Part shown: positions 12,386-24,447 of the stretch, one piece after another
Layout of the letters: every line of letters starts with the position of its first letter
Position numbering within the stretch: the stretch's first letter is position 1
Assembly (NCBI GenBank): GCA_030390025.1
Contig: CM059432.1
Span: 100,566,001 to 100,630,000 of the forward strand
DNA: 64,000 nt
Origin: Squalus acanthias
Lineage: Eukaryota
Direction: 5' to 3'
Position numbers and translations under genes: made by a program
The notes under the pieces: generated by a model
Database searches by the model: none
What the model saw: only the letters and a program-made list of their open reading frames with translations
What the model was told of the DNA's origin: nothing

Positions 12386-15379
12386 TTTATTTTTCACGAA
12401 GTTATCTCAGATTGGAAGGATTGGTGAATTTCTACAAAATACCAATGTGAAAGGCTTGGCCTTAAGGGGCAATGAGATATTAATCTTGTACTTTCAGACA
12501 GTCAGCAAAGAATGATGGACCGGTGGGAGTTAAAGGCATGGCAACCAAAAAAATCGACAATGTTCCTTAATGAAAGATAAAACCTTTTTTGGAGCAGGTC
12601 TGGAAAAAAAAACTGCCAATGCACTTATTCAACGTAAAACCCAACTATGTGGACTTTTTAAATTAAGGTTGTGTTTCTTAATCTGCATTTCGATCAGAAA
12701 ACCAAAGCCACATCATTTAGGAAATTGGTCCTCATTTCACCAAGTATTCATTTATTTTCATTTAGTGTTACAATACTTACTTATAAAGCAGAGTGTGCTG
12801 TGCATTTAGAGAGCTTTCAAAAGGGAAATATATCAACATGTATGCTAATTGCGTGCTAATGATTCTATCCTCTGATGTTTAACAGTTATCAGTCATTTTA
12901 ATGTCAGCGCAAGGCCACTGGAAATTATGAGTCAAGCTTTGTTTACAAAAGACTTGCCTGGGGCATCCACCATACACATGTGAATCATTTTATCTTTGGT
13001 GCTGAAGCTGTCATTCTGTGAAATAGTATTGCCAATATTCCATATAGCAGAGTAATGAAACGTTAAAAAAGCCACAGTACTGCACATTTTTAACAAATAA
13101 CTTAAGTGAGAGAAAAATATTGTCACTTGACAGCTTTCACATTTTTTCTCAACTAAAATGTGATTCGGGTTCTTGGAGCTTGCCACATAAATGTGACGTG
13201 AACCTAATGAAGACCAAACGGATAATGAGAAAAAAGCCATGCATCCATCAAACTTTTGTTCATATACTACAAAGAGGAAAGAAGCTTGGATCTAACCACC
13301 AGCGATAGATTAGTGCCAGATTTTGCATTTCTAGCTGGATACAAATTACAGTATTTACTAAGTTCTTATTATATTACTTTAACATTTTAATTAGTACAGT
13401 ATATTAATCTCAAAATATGAAGAGAAAAATGATTAAACAGAAGGGAAAGCAAAGATGAGATGTAGGAAGCCATCCTCTCTCTGGAAAAAGCATGGGAAAA
13501 CTATCATCCCAAATGTGAACTTTTCTTCTCCTCCTGAGACAGTCACTTAAAAACAGTTATATTTTATTTAATTACCCCTTTCTCACCTGACTTTCTTTCC
13601 AGACATAGATTGAGGCACAATATATAGTTTCAGGCTGCAAGATGTGTATTGGAATCAGGCTCAGTAATGTGCAATTTATGTAATAACGTAGTTGTCTGCT
13701 ATTAACTTGGTAGATGGAATATGCATGAAAAAGTACTTATTTAATAAAAATTGTCTTTCTCAATATATGCAGAGTGAAGTCTGCTACAATAAGCCTACTT
13801 ATGCACATTGTTGAGAATGCTTCCAACATGGTGCATTGCACTGACCTACATAATGACATGTTGCCTGGCTATATTGCATGATAAATTTGCTTTTCACAAT
13901 TACTCGGCCTAAGGATGACAGTCTCCCATGTGCATGGGCTATGCTGGTAATTGTCAACATTTTCTTTGGCTGGAAAAGGAGAGAAAGCAAGAGGTTGCTA
14001 TGCAGGGGAGTTTTGTTCCCGCATCCACTGTGAGAGCAAAAGTAATTTCTTAAAATTGAAGGGCAAGAGAAACCAACAGAAACCACATTCCATTCTCACA
14101 GCCAGGCAGGCTGTGATGAGGAAGAAACAAAGAAACAAGAAAAAGACAGGTAAAAGAATGTAAGAAAGCAGAGAGAATAAGAATACATACCCGGGAAGCA
14201 TGTGATAGAGGCAGCATGACACATTTAGACCTGTTTATGTTTTTAGCCTAAGTGGACTCCTCGGGTACCTGGCTCACAACTGAAAATCTAACACCTTGAT
14301 TTTGTCCAATTGTTGATGGCTGTTTTTTATTCAGCTCTCCACTGGAACTTGGCAACACTGGAAAGTGGTCAGTGTTTGCCCTGGACTAGAGATATGAAAG
14401 AAGCCTGTTGGAGTCACCTCAGATGAATTGTTTTTCAAATTATTATGTAAATACAGTAGTTTGAAAGAAGTAACACAAATGTTTAACCACATGTATCGTT
14501 TGTTGGACTGAATTACAACGAGGAATTATAAGGCCGAATCCATGCAGCTGCATGCCCATGATTTCCGGTCACATGCTCTCTGGTGAGAGGGCTGGCATAC
14601 TGAATCCGTCTTTATAAACCAAAACATTGCCAGTGAAAACATATAGTGGGGAGAAATTCGACTTGCACTCAAAACAGGCACAAAGTAGGTAGAGCGAGCA
14701 CTCCACAAGCTGGACTGTGCTTGAGGCATAAGCCAAATTCAACTTCGGGCCTCACTTGAATACCAAGCGGGCACCGCGCTGCAGCTCACCAGTTGGGAAG
14801 GGTGGCAAATTGTCTGGTTATCACACAATGTCGGCCAGCAGGTCAGGTCTTGGGGGGGGGGGGGGGACAGAGACAACCCTGATAGTGAGCCTTATATGCA
14901 CGCCGGCAGCAGAATGTAATTATTTTGTTGGCTAAGGAGGAGCACCCATTTTGCTAGGCCCACAAAAATTGAAAATTGAAAATTTCTTGGGATTTTATTT
15001 TAAAGCGGCCTCCAATGGTCCCTTTAAGGGCTACGAGTTAGGCCGATCAAGACCTGGTACAACTAGGTGGAACAAGCTCCACTCATTTGTACCTGAATTT
15101 CAAATTTAGGATCCTACAACCGGCATAAGACCCCGATTTGCACACTTAAGGAGCCTAATGCATGTTTCAGGCTGCGCTTGATGACTGAAAGTTGCCAGAG
15201 TTAATATGGTGTGCGGCGCACTCCTGGTCTGGATTGGGAGTAACAGATTGTAGTGCAGGATTCAGAGACCTAATGCCCATTTTACAGGCACAAAACTTGG
15301 GGCTGTAGCTTGAATTTCTCCCCCCCCGCCCCGCCCCCCCCCCCCCACCCCTCCCCCCGTAATATGTTCTGTTCACACA

Positions 15380-15676
15380 AGTAAAAAACAAAAGGTGGGT
15401 CTAGAGGAGGTGTAAATGGGAATATCAGAATCATCAGCAACAGCTGCTGTCCAAAATAATGGGGGCAGAGGTTATGATCTGAAATTGTTGAACTCAATAT
15501 TGAATCCAGAAGGTTGTAAAGTGCCTAATAGAAAGATGAGGCGCTGTTCCTCACGCTTACGTTGAGCTTCATTGGAACAGTGTAGGAGGTAAGGACAGAA
15601 TGATCAGAGTGGGAGTGGTCTGGAGAATTAAAATGACAGGCGACCGGAAGCTCGGGGTCATGCTTGCAGACTGAAC
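15380..15676 (-). mobile_element. Penelope-like element fragment (GIY-YIG C-terminus)
   Basis: Colinear with 50270-50522 (EEQRLIFLLGTLQPSGFNIEFNNF). Confidence 0.85.
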
Positions 15677-15937
15677 TTTACCTGTCCCATTACCATCTCA
15701 TTTCGCCTTGCACCATCGTTCCTTTTGTCATTTAATCACTCCTGCCTTCCATCCTATCACATACCTTCCCTTTTGTTCTTTCCTCCCCTCCCCCCTCTCC
15801 CTGCCTCTGTACTTGCTTAAAACCTGAAACATCTCTAACCTTTTCCAGTTCTGATGAAAGGTCATTGACCTGAAACGTTAACTCTGTTTCTCTCTCCTCA
15901 GATGCTGCCTGACCTGCTGAGTGTTTCTGGATTTTTC
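15677..15937 (+). mobile_element. Penelope-like pseudo-LTR, inverted relative to the adjacent ORF fragment
   Basis: Reverse-complement homologue of 50050-50215; contains a hammerhead core. Confidence 0.85.
15847..15883 (+). ncRNA. Minimal type I hammerhead ribozyme motif, core intact
   Basis: agtt-CTGATGA-a-aggtc-att-gacct-GAAA-cg-TT-aact: stem I agtt/aact, stem II aggtc/gacct, palindromic AACGTT stem III as in Penelope-associated minimal hammerheads. Confidence 0.85.
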
Positions 15938-16630
15938 TGCTTATATGTACTGCTACACACGTTGGATGTGAACCAAGAACATAAGCAGTATTTTTGGAAG
16001 CCCATCTGTGTTCAGTGAATGAATACACTCTGAGCAGCTTTCCAAATTCTATAGAACATTGACACATCTCTTCACCAGGCTACTGCTTTTCTATTTAATG
16101 GCCATATTTTGATAGGGAGTAAAATGCATAACGCAAAATGTGCAGATTTAACTAGGCATATCCCAAATTGGCAGCTAAATTTGGATCTTGTCCGCCTTCC
16201 CTGACTTTGAAACAATGTTGCTGGATTTTAAAATGCTCTCCGAACCTAAAAGTATTAGTCCTCAGACTTTGTTTTGGAGTTATAGGAGTTGAGGAATATG
16301 CAATGACTTTTTTTTTTACAAGTTTCAAGCTGAGGTTTTAACACATTATATATTGATGGTATGTAGTTTAGGAATTAATTTATTAAGACACATACCACAC
16401 TTACTTCCATAATTTATATTTATGGAAAACATAACTGCATTAAACTCATTAGAAACACATAAATAAGTGCAAAATAAATAAATAGCACAAAAATAAAAAT
16501 ATTAGGTTATTTGAACATTATGCTAAAGTATCCCTCATTTTAGCCATTTGCCCTGATTTTTAGGACCTGGATCCGTGATTTTTATTTCTACTTTAGAGAA
16601 ATATGGTCATGATCAATATGCCCTTACTTA

Positions 16631-16717
16631 ATAAGAACGTAAGAAGTAGGAGCAGCAAGTAATTAGGAAAGCAAATGGTATGTTAGCCTTTATTACAAAG
16701 GGATTAGAGTATAAAAA
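16631..16717. mobile_element. Short chimeric CR1 remnant
   Basis: Minus-strand tail end (ataagaacgtaagaagtaggagcag) fused to + strand VIRKANGMLAFITKGLEYK coding sequence. Confidence 0.6.
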
Positions 16718-16829
16718 TCTTAGGAATGTTAAAAGACTTCTGTATCTCAAAAAAAAATACCATATTCACAGCACAATACAATGCCAACCTCAAGTAATTC
16801 AGCAAATAGTGAATGGTAACTTTACTCAC

Positions 16830-16946
16830 CAAACTCTCTGGAGACAGTGATAGAATAAACACAATTGTGTCCAGTACTGTAATTTCTGGGGTAGTTTGGC
16901 GACAGCACGGTACCATCGGAACCTGTGGATCGACTTCCACATGGAG
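16830..16946 (-). CDS. CSMD3: CSMD3 internal exon (117 nt), N-terminal part of the next CUB domain
   Basis: Manual translation gives (A)PCGSRSTGSDGTVLSPNYPRNYSTGHNCVYSITVSREF. Acceptor atatctttcag, donor TTG|gtgagt. Phase 1-1; bridges the 52947 and 2102 exons in frame. Confidence 0.95.
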
Positions 16947-18764
16947 CTGAAAGATATATATTTTTTTATAAATATTAATAATAATTTAGAGTTCACTCTG
17001 GAAAAAAAGTAATTATGATACACAGCGAATTGCAGATAAATCCTGCTTTCTCCTGAAAGCAAAATATTTTCAGCCGTTTGCTATGCTTCCAGTTTCAAGT
17101 CCCAAAACACCCTTCAATTTATTATTCTCTGCCTCAGTGATAGCTGCTTGCTTCCACAAAGCCTGCCTACTGCCATTGGTAAGGTTGAGTGCTCACGGCA
17201 GTGGTGTTCTTCACAAAGAGTGAGTAAATGTTGCAGTGAATTGTAAATAAATTCAGGCTGAAAATCCCAAAGGAGTCTGAACTGAGACTGTTTGATTGTG
17301 CCAAGCAGAAGCTAAACCTTCCTTTGTTTTAAGTCAGAGATGTATTTGATCAAAGATCATGTGGAAAACCTTAAATTGGCACTGAAGTGCCTGGAGGAAA
17401 GAATTAGACTTCATGCTGAGTTAGCCAGGTTCAAGTTCAATGGACTTGGTAGAGCTACACGAACTGAACACAGTCCTCTGAGGTTGCTTGATCATTCTTT
17501 TTCACGAGCAGCCCTGCTAATTATAGCCTGTGAGAGGCCAACAGGTGCTAAACTTGTAACAATGCCGACTGTGCATCAGAAATGAGTATTTTGGTACATT
17601 CAGGATCTAGACCAGGCTCACCATTCATTCTAAATAGCCAATCCAGTTTTATAAAGGCCCATCTCCCCATGCATCCCCACCCCCTCCCCCCCGCCCCACA
17701 TCAAGGATTTCCATGTAGTGCTCCATCTGCCCTGCAGCAAATGAACTTCAAGATAATCATTAAGAGGCACTTTTGTATTTACGTAAAACAGTCCAAGCGA
17801 ATAACATCCATGCACCAGTCTCCCATTATTTTATTTGGAGTGGGCAGCAGATCTCCATAGGTATGCTGGGCTCTGCTTCTATATGGAGACCCACAAACAG
17901 CAGACATGTCAGACTGGCTTCTTGCATTTTCACAACTAAAGCCAGCTCCCTTAATCTCCTGACAAAGTCACAACCTGCTTTTATATTGCGCTCAGTGCAT
18001 TGCTGCCCTCATGCATTCAGCGGAAATAACAACATAAACTTGCCACATTCACTAATGCCGACAGCCAGGAAGAATAAAGAATGGGTAATGCACTGGAGCA
18101 AGAGAAAAGCAGCTGCAGATCCACATTTTTATGAGTCCATGATACTGTTGGGATAAGAAAGCAAAGCTTGATTACACTATGGAGCTCAGCTAATTGAGGG
18201 AAATTGGGTCTCCTTTTGTCAGTTTCTTCCGCACCCCAATTTCTGAACCGCTTCATGGGATAAGTACACACAACTGCTACCCATGCATATTCACAAATTA
18301 TAAGCATCTAATTTGCATCCCATCTACGTGTGGCGTGTGCATTTACAATATTGGCCCACAAATAACGCACAGAAAGACAAAATCTCTTTCTAACCTTTTA
18401 TTAATCATTCATTTACAGTGCACAACTCTATCCACAAAACATCTCACTTGCTGGCAAAACACTGAACAGTAGCAAGCCAAGGTTAGGGATAGAAATAAAG
18501 TTGCTCTAATGCCCCTTCATGCTAATCGGGCAATGCCAGGACAAATTGGCATTTGCAAAGATCTGGCATGAATTCAGCACTGTAAACTGTGCCAGGTTAC
18601 AGAGCCTACAGTCAAAAGGTTTTAAACCAGTATTCCATTAAGAATTTAATAGCTTTAACATACCAAATGGGCAAACTGGGTATAGTGCCCTACAGTGCAA
18701 AGGAGTACTGCCAAGTAACATGAAATAGTAACTCATTTCCAGCTGTCACGGCAGGAGTTCAAAC

Positions 18765-19745
18765 ATTTACATAGGATTGCATAGGATATACAGCACAGAA
18801 ACAGACCATTCAGCCCAAGCCGTCCATGCCAGCGTTTATCCTCCACTCGAGCCTCCTCCCATCTTTCCTCATCTAACCCTATCAGCATAACCCTCTATTC
18901 CCTTCCCCCTCATATGTTTATCTAGCCTCCCCTTAAATGCATCTATACTATTCGCTTCAACCACTCCCTGTGGTAGCGAGTTCCACATTCTCACCACTCT
19001 CTGGGTAAAGAAGTTCCTTCTGAATTCCTTATTTGATTTCTTGGTGAATATCTTATATTGATGGTCTCTATTTTGCTCTTCCCCACAAGTGGAAACATTC
19101 TCTCTGTATCTACTCTATCAAAACCTTTCATAATTTTAAAGACCTCTATTAGGTCACCCCTCAACCTTCTCTTTTCAAGAGAAAAGAGACCCAGCCTGTT
19201 CATCCTTTCCTGATAGATATACCTTTGCATTTCTTCTTACCAAAATGTAATACCTCACATTTCTCTGTGTTGAAATTCATTTGCCAATTCTATGCTGATT
19301 CTGCAAGTTTATTAATGTCCTCCTGTAATTTATTGCAGTCCTCCTCAGTATTGATTATCCCCCCAATTTGGTGTCATCTGCAAATTTAGAAGTTGTGTTT
19401 TTGATTCTAACATCTAAATCATTAATATAAATTGTGAACAACAGTGGTCCTTGTGAAACACCACTTCCCAACATTTGCCACTCTGAATAGCTACCCTTTA
19501 CCCCTACTCTCTGCTTTCTGTCTTGAAGCCAGCTAGCTATCCATTCTGCTACTTGTCCCCTAATTCCGCATTCTCTGACTTTATTCATTAGTCTATTATG
19601 TGGTAACATATCGAAGACCTTTTGAAAATCTAGATAAATTGCATCTACTACCTTGTCTACTCTCTCTGTTGCCTCTTCAAAATATTCAGTGAGGTTGGTC
19701 AAGCCTTTCCCTTTTGAAATCCATGTTAATTATTCATGATTATAT
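18765..19745 (-). mobile_element. CR1 LINE fragment with internal deletion
   Basis: ORFs 19355-19702 ([20 protein letters not shown]) and 18991-19230 (RRLRGDLIEVFKI); (acatagga) tail. Confidence 0.92.
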
Positions 19746-19749
19746 TTTT

Positions 19750-20146
19750 GGGGGGGAAAATTCAGTTGGATTGCGCCTCCCATTAGCGTCTTAAGAGGGC
19801 GCTAATGGGGCGCAAAGCAACTAGCGCCCGTGCGTGCCGATCTTTGCGCCGCTCACGAAATTAACTAGATATTTTGCGGCGGCGCTAAACACTACCGCCA
19901 TGATCTCCTGCGCCGGCCGATTGTGACGTTAGTCGAGAGTGCAACGCCCCGGTAGCGCCCCGGACTGGATATTGAGTGGCACCCCCTGTCTTACCGCCTG
20001 CCGCTAGCAACGACAGGTTGAGGGGAGCGTTTTGCAGTCAGCAAGGGACTGGGGGAGCGCTATTTAAAGGCGACCACTTCCTGCCTTTTTTTGTTAGCAA
20101 AATTTTTGCACCACGCATTCTGAGTGAGAGAGAGAGACTGCAGGAG
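19750..20146 (-). mobile_element. Truncated Harbinger-type MITE (family M2)
   Basis: Reverse-complement copy of about 44480-44889; TIR gggggggaaaattcagttgg. Confidence 0.88.
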
Positions 20147-21292
20147 ATATTCAAAGCTGTGTTGAGGAGTGTGGCATCAAGGAGCCCTGGTAAAACTGAA
20201 GTCAATGGGAATCGGGGGGAAAACTCTCCACTGGCTAGAGTCATACCTAACACAAAGGAAGATGGTTGTGGTGATTGAAGGTCAATCATCACAGCCCCAG
20301 GACATCGCTGCAGGAGTTCCTAGGCCCAACCATCTTCAGCTGCTTCATCAATGACCTTCCCTCCAACATAAGGTCAGAAATGAGGATGTTCGCTGATGAC
20401 TGCACAGTGTTCAGTGCCATTCACAACTCCTCAGATAATGAAGCTGTCCATGCCCGCATGCAACAAGACGTGGACGACGTTCAGGCTTGGGCTGATAAGT
20501 GGCAGGTAACATTCGCGCCACAGAAGTGCCAGGCAATGACTATCTCCAACAAGCGAGTGTCTAACCACCGCCCCATGACATTCAATGGCATTACCATCGC
20601 CGAATCCCCCACCATCAACATCCTGGGGGTCACCATTGACCAGAAACTTAACTGGACCAGCCATATAAATACTGTGGCAACAAGAGCAGGTCAGAGGCTA
20701 GGTATTCTGCGGCGAGTGTCTCACCTCCTGACTCCCCAAAGCCTTTCCACCATCTACAAGGCACAAGTAAGGAGTGTGATGGAATACTCTCCACTTGCCT
20801 GGATGAGTGCAGCTCCAACAACACTCAAGAAGCTCGACACCATCCAGGACAAAGCAGCCCACTTGATTGGCACCCCATCTACCACCTTAAACATTCACTC
20901 CCTCCACCACCGGCGTACCGTAGCTGCAGTGTGTACCATCTACAAGATGCACTGCAGCAACTTGCCAAGGCTTCTTCGGCAGCACCTCCCAAACCCGCGA
21001 CCTCTTCCACCTAGAAGGACAAGGGCAGCAGGCGCATGGGAACACCGCCACCTCCAAGTTCCCCTCCAAATCACACACCATCCTGACTTAGAAGTATATC
21101 GCCGATCCTTCATCATCGCTGGGTCAAAATCCTGGAACTCCCTACCTAACAGCACTGTGGGAGTACCTTCACCACATAGACTACAGCGGTTCAAGGCGGC
21201 AGCTCACCACCACCTTCTCAAGGGCAATTAGGGATGGGCAATAAATGTTGGCCTTGCCAGTGATGCCCACATCTCATAAACAAATAAAACAT
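20147..21292 (+). mobile_element. CR1/L2-group LINE of a distinct subfamily, 3' part of ORF2 plus tail
   Basis: ORF 20275-21231 has LGPTIFSCFINDL, MFADD, WQVTFAPQKC and YKAQVRSVMEY. Tail gggcaattagggatgggcaataaatg followed by an A-rich end. Confidence 0.9.
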
Positions 21293-21300
21293 TTTTTTAA

Positions 21301-21990
21301 TATAGGGCCCTGATGAGACCACACCTGGAGTATTGTGTACAGTTTTGGTCTCATTACCTAAGGAAGGATATACTTGCATTCGAGGGAGTGCAACTAAAGT
21401 TCTCCAGACTGATTCTTGGGATGGGGGGATTGTCCTATGAGGAGAGATTGAGTAGACTAGGCCTACCTGACGAAGGAGCAGCGCTCCAAAAGCTTGTGAT
21501 TTCAAATAAAGCTGTTGGACTATAACCTGGTGTTGTGCGACTTCTCACTTTTGTCCACCCCAGTCCAACACCGGCATCTCCGCATCATATATTCTCTAGA
21601 GTTTAGAAGAATGAGAGGTGATCTCATTGAAACATACAAAATTCAGGGTAGATGCAGGGAGGATGTTTCCCCTGGCTGGGGTGTCTATAACCAGGGATCA
21701 CAGTCTCAGAATAAGGGGTCGATCATTTAGGACTGAGATGAGGAGAAATTTCTTCAATCAGAGGGTGGTGAATCTTTGGAATTCTCTACCCCAGAGGGCT
21801 GTGGAGGCTCAGTCGTTGAGTATATTCAAGACAGAGATCAATAGATTTTTGGATATTAAGTGAATCAAGGGATACGGGGATAGTGCAAGAAAGTGGAGTT
21901 GAGGTTGAGGATCAGCCATGATCTTATTGAATGGCGGAGCAGGCTCGAGGGGCCGAATAGCCTACTCCTGCCTCTATTTCTTATGTTCTT
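21301..21990 (+). mobile_element. CR1 LINE 3' fragment interrupted at 21466-21588
   Basis: MRPHLEYCVQFW and RRNFFNQRVVNLWNSLP; (ttcttatg) tail. Confidence 0.92.
21466..21588 (+). mobile_element. Short Penelope-type pLTR fragment of a second family with a damaged hammerhead
   Basis: CTGACGA-a-ggagc-agc-gctcc-aAAA-gc-TT-gtgat (GAAA mutated, stem I 5' strand truncated), AATAAA, then inverted repeat tgttggact/agtccaaca. Splits the CR1 sequence ggccta|tattctctagag. Confidence 0.75.
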
Positions 21991-22775
21991 ATAATTGGCA
22001 AATGAAATTCAACACAGTAAATGTGAGGTATTACATTTTGGTAAGAAAAATAGGGAGGTTTCATATTACTTGGAAAACACAAATCTAAATGGAGTAGAAA
22101 AGCAAAGGGATCTCGGAGTACAAATACAGAAATTACTAATAGTAACAACACAGGTTAACAAGGCCATTAAAAAAAAGCAAACCAAGCACTAGGGTTTATT
22201 TCTGGAGGGATTGAATTGAAAAGTAGAGAAGATATGCTAAACTTGTATCGAACCTTGGTTAGACCACACTTGGAGTACTGTGTACAATTCTGGTCACCAT
22301 ATTATAAAAAGGATATAGCGACACTAGAGAAGGTGCAAAAAAGATTTACAAGGATGATACGAGAAATGTGAGAAGGCTGAGGGGTGACCTAATAGAGGTC
22401 TCTAAAATTATGAAAGGTTTTGATAGAGTAGATACAGAGAGAGTGTTTCCACTTGTGGGGAAGAGCAAAACTAGAAGCCATCAATATAAGTTAGTCACCA
22501 AGAAATCAAATAGGAAATTCAGAAGAAACTTCTTTACCCAGAGAGTGGCGAGAATGTGGAACTTGCTACCACAGGGAGTGGTTGAAGCGAATAGTATAGA
22601 TGCATTTAAGGGGAGGCTACATAAGCATATGAGGGAGAAGGGAATAGAGGATTATGCTGATAGGGTTAGATGAGGAAAGACGGGAGGAGGCTCAAGTGGA
22701 GCATAAACACCGGCATGGACTGGTTGGGCTAAATGGCCTGTTTCTGTGCTGTATATACTATGTAATCCTATGTAT
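21991..22775 (+). mobile_element. CR1 LINE 3' fragment (same subfamily as 18765-19745)
   Basis: KCEVLHFG, RRLRGDLIEV and RRNFFTQRV; (cctatgta) tail. Confidence 0.92.
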
Positions 22776-22954
22776 GCTGCACAAACAACTTAACAGGTCA
22801 CATAACACTTAACTTGTCAATCAGACAACTGCATTTGAAGTAAATCTGCTCCTTCTTGTTGCTTTTTCTAGCCTAACTTGGCACATGCTTGCTTGACTGA
22901 TACATTCATTCTGTGGCTCAAGCTCAGATAATTATCTTCATCCGAAAACAGAAC

Positions 22955-23700
22955 ATCAAGTTCCACATGTACGCTGATGTTACCCAGCTCTGCCTCATTA
23001 CCACCTCCCTCTACCCCTCCACTCTCTCTATTTTGTCACTGCTTATCTGACATCCAGTGCTGGATGAACAGAAAGTTAATCCAACTAAATATTGGGAAGA
23101 TCAAAGCCATTGCCTTTGGTCCCTGCCACAAACTCTGTTCCCTAGCCACCGACTCCATCCCTCTCCCTGGCCACTGTCTGAGGCCGAACCATACTGTTCG
23201 CAACCTTGGTGTCATATTTGACCCTAAAGTGAGCTTCCGACCACACATCCGTTCCATCACCAAGACTGCTTACTTCCACCTCTGTAACATCACCCAACTC
23301 TGCCCTTGCCTCAGCTCTTCTGCTGCTGAAACCCTCATCTATGCCTTTGTTACCTCTAGACTTGACTATTCCAATGCTCTCCTGGCCTGCCTCTCATCTT
23401 CCACCCTACATAAACTTGAGCTGATCCAAAACTCTGCTGCCCATATCCTAACTTGCACCAAGTCCCGTTCACCCATCACCCCTGTGCTCACTGACCTACA
23501 TTAATCCCAGTCCGGCAACACCTCAATCTTAAAATTCTCATCCTTGTTTTCAAATCCCTCCATGGCCTCACCCTCCCTATCTCTGTAACCTCCTCCAAGC
23601 CCTACAACCCTCTGAGATCTCTGCGCTCCTTCAATTCTGGCCTCTTGTGCATCTCCGATCTTAATCGCTCCACCATTGGCGGCCATGCCTTCAGCTGCTT
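22955..23700 (+). mobile_element. L2 LINE 3' ORF2 fragment
   Basis: FHMYAD, CLSDIQCWM, RNLGVIFD, AFVTSRLDYSNALL, QNSAAHIL and ITPVLTDLH. Confidence 0.9.
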
Positions 23701-24256
23701 TTGTTTACCCCTTTTCTCATTCAAGACAAGCATTAATCATTTTATGGTCCTGTTCACTATTCCACAGGGCAGCTTTCTCCTGCTCCCTTGAGTATTATTA
23801 TTTAATGGTACCAAGAGCTTGCATTGTTAGCAGAAAATTCACTCGCTGTAGGGTCTGTCTGCAGCATCTCAGTCTGAAATCTATTTGCAGGGTCTCAGCG
23901 AAGCTAAGTTAAAATAGCTTAAGATGCTGGGACTGATTCAATTTGCATTTTGCATATTGTGCACTGAATCACCAGTTAAAACAATGCACAGATGCCTTCA
24001 AAAGATTCCTGAGGTAAAAGACTTTAATGGCTGATCATTATTTTCGCATTAAATCAATGGGCAAAATGTGTTTTGTAAAGGACGCAAGCAAATGCTCAAC
24101 CTCACTGCCAAAATAAAGTTTATGGGGAGAGTCAAGCTAGTCGCTGGCTGAGACAAACTCAAGAAGGCAAGCCAAAGAAGATTTAAGTGGAAAGATTTCC
24201 CAGCACGGAGAACTCCTGATACAAAAGGCCATTCAACAGCAGAGAGCTGATACAGA

Positions 24257-24447
24257 AGCAAAATATTGCAGATGCTGGAAATCTGAAATAAAAACAGAAC
24301 ATGCTGGAAATGCTCAGCAGGTCAGGCAGCATCTGTAGAGAGAGAAACAGAGTTAATCAAAGATCATCGACCTGAAACTTTAACTCTGTTTCTCTCTCCA
24401 CAGATGCTGCCTGACCTGCTGAGTATTTCCAGCATTTTCTGTTTTTA
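24257..24447. mobile_element. Penelope pLTR fold-back (two inverted pLTR tails)
   Basis: Arms 24289-24356 and 24380-24447 are near-perfect reverse complements. The loop is a broken hammerhead. Flanked by acagcagagagctg / acagcagtgagctg. Confidence 0.85.

Noticed and set aside
19976..20278. Repeated MAPP.LPPAASNDRLRGAF ORF (also 44420-44665)
   Set aside because: Shared only because both lie in MITE family M2; frames diverge at the microsatellite.
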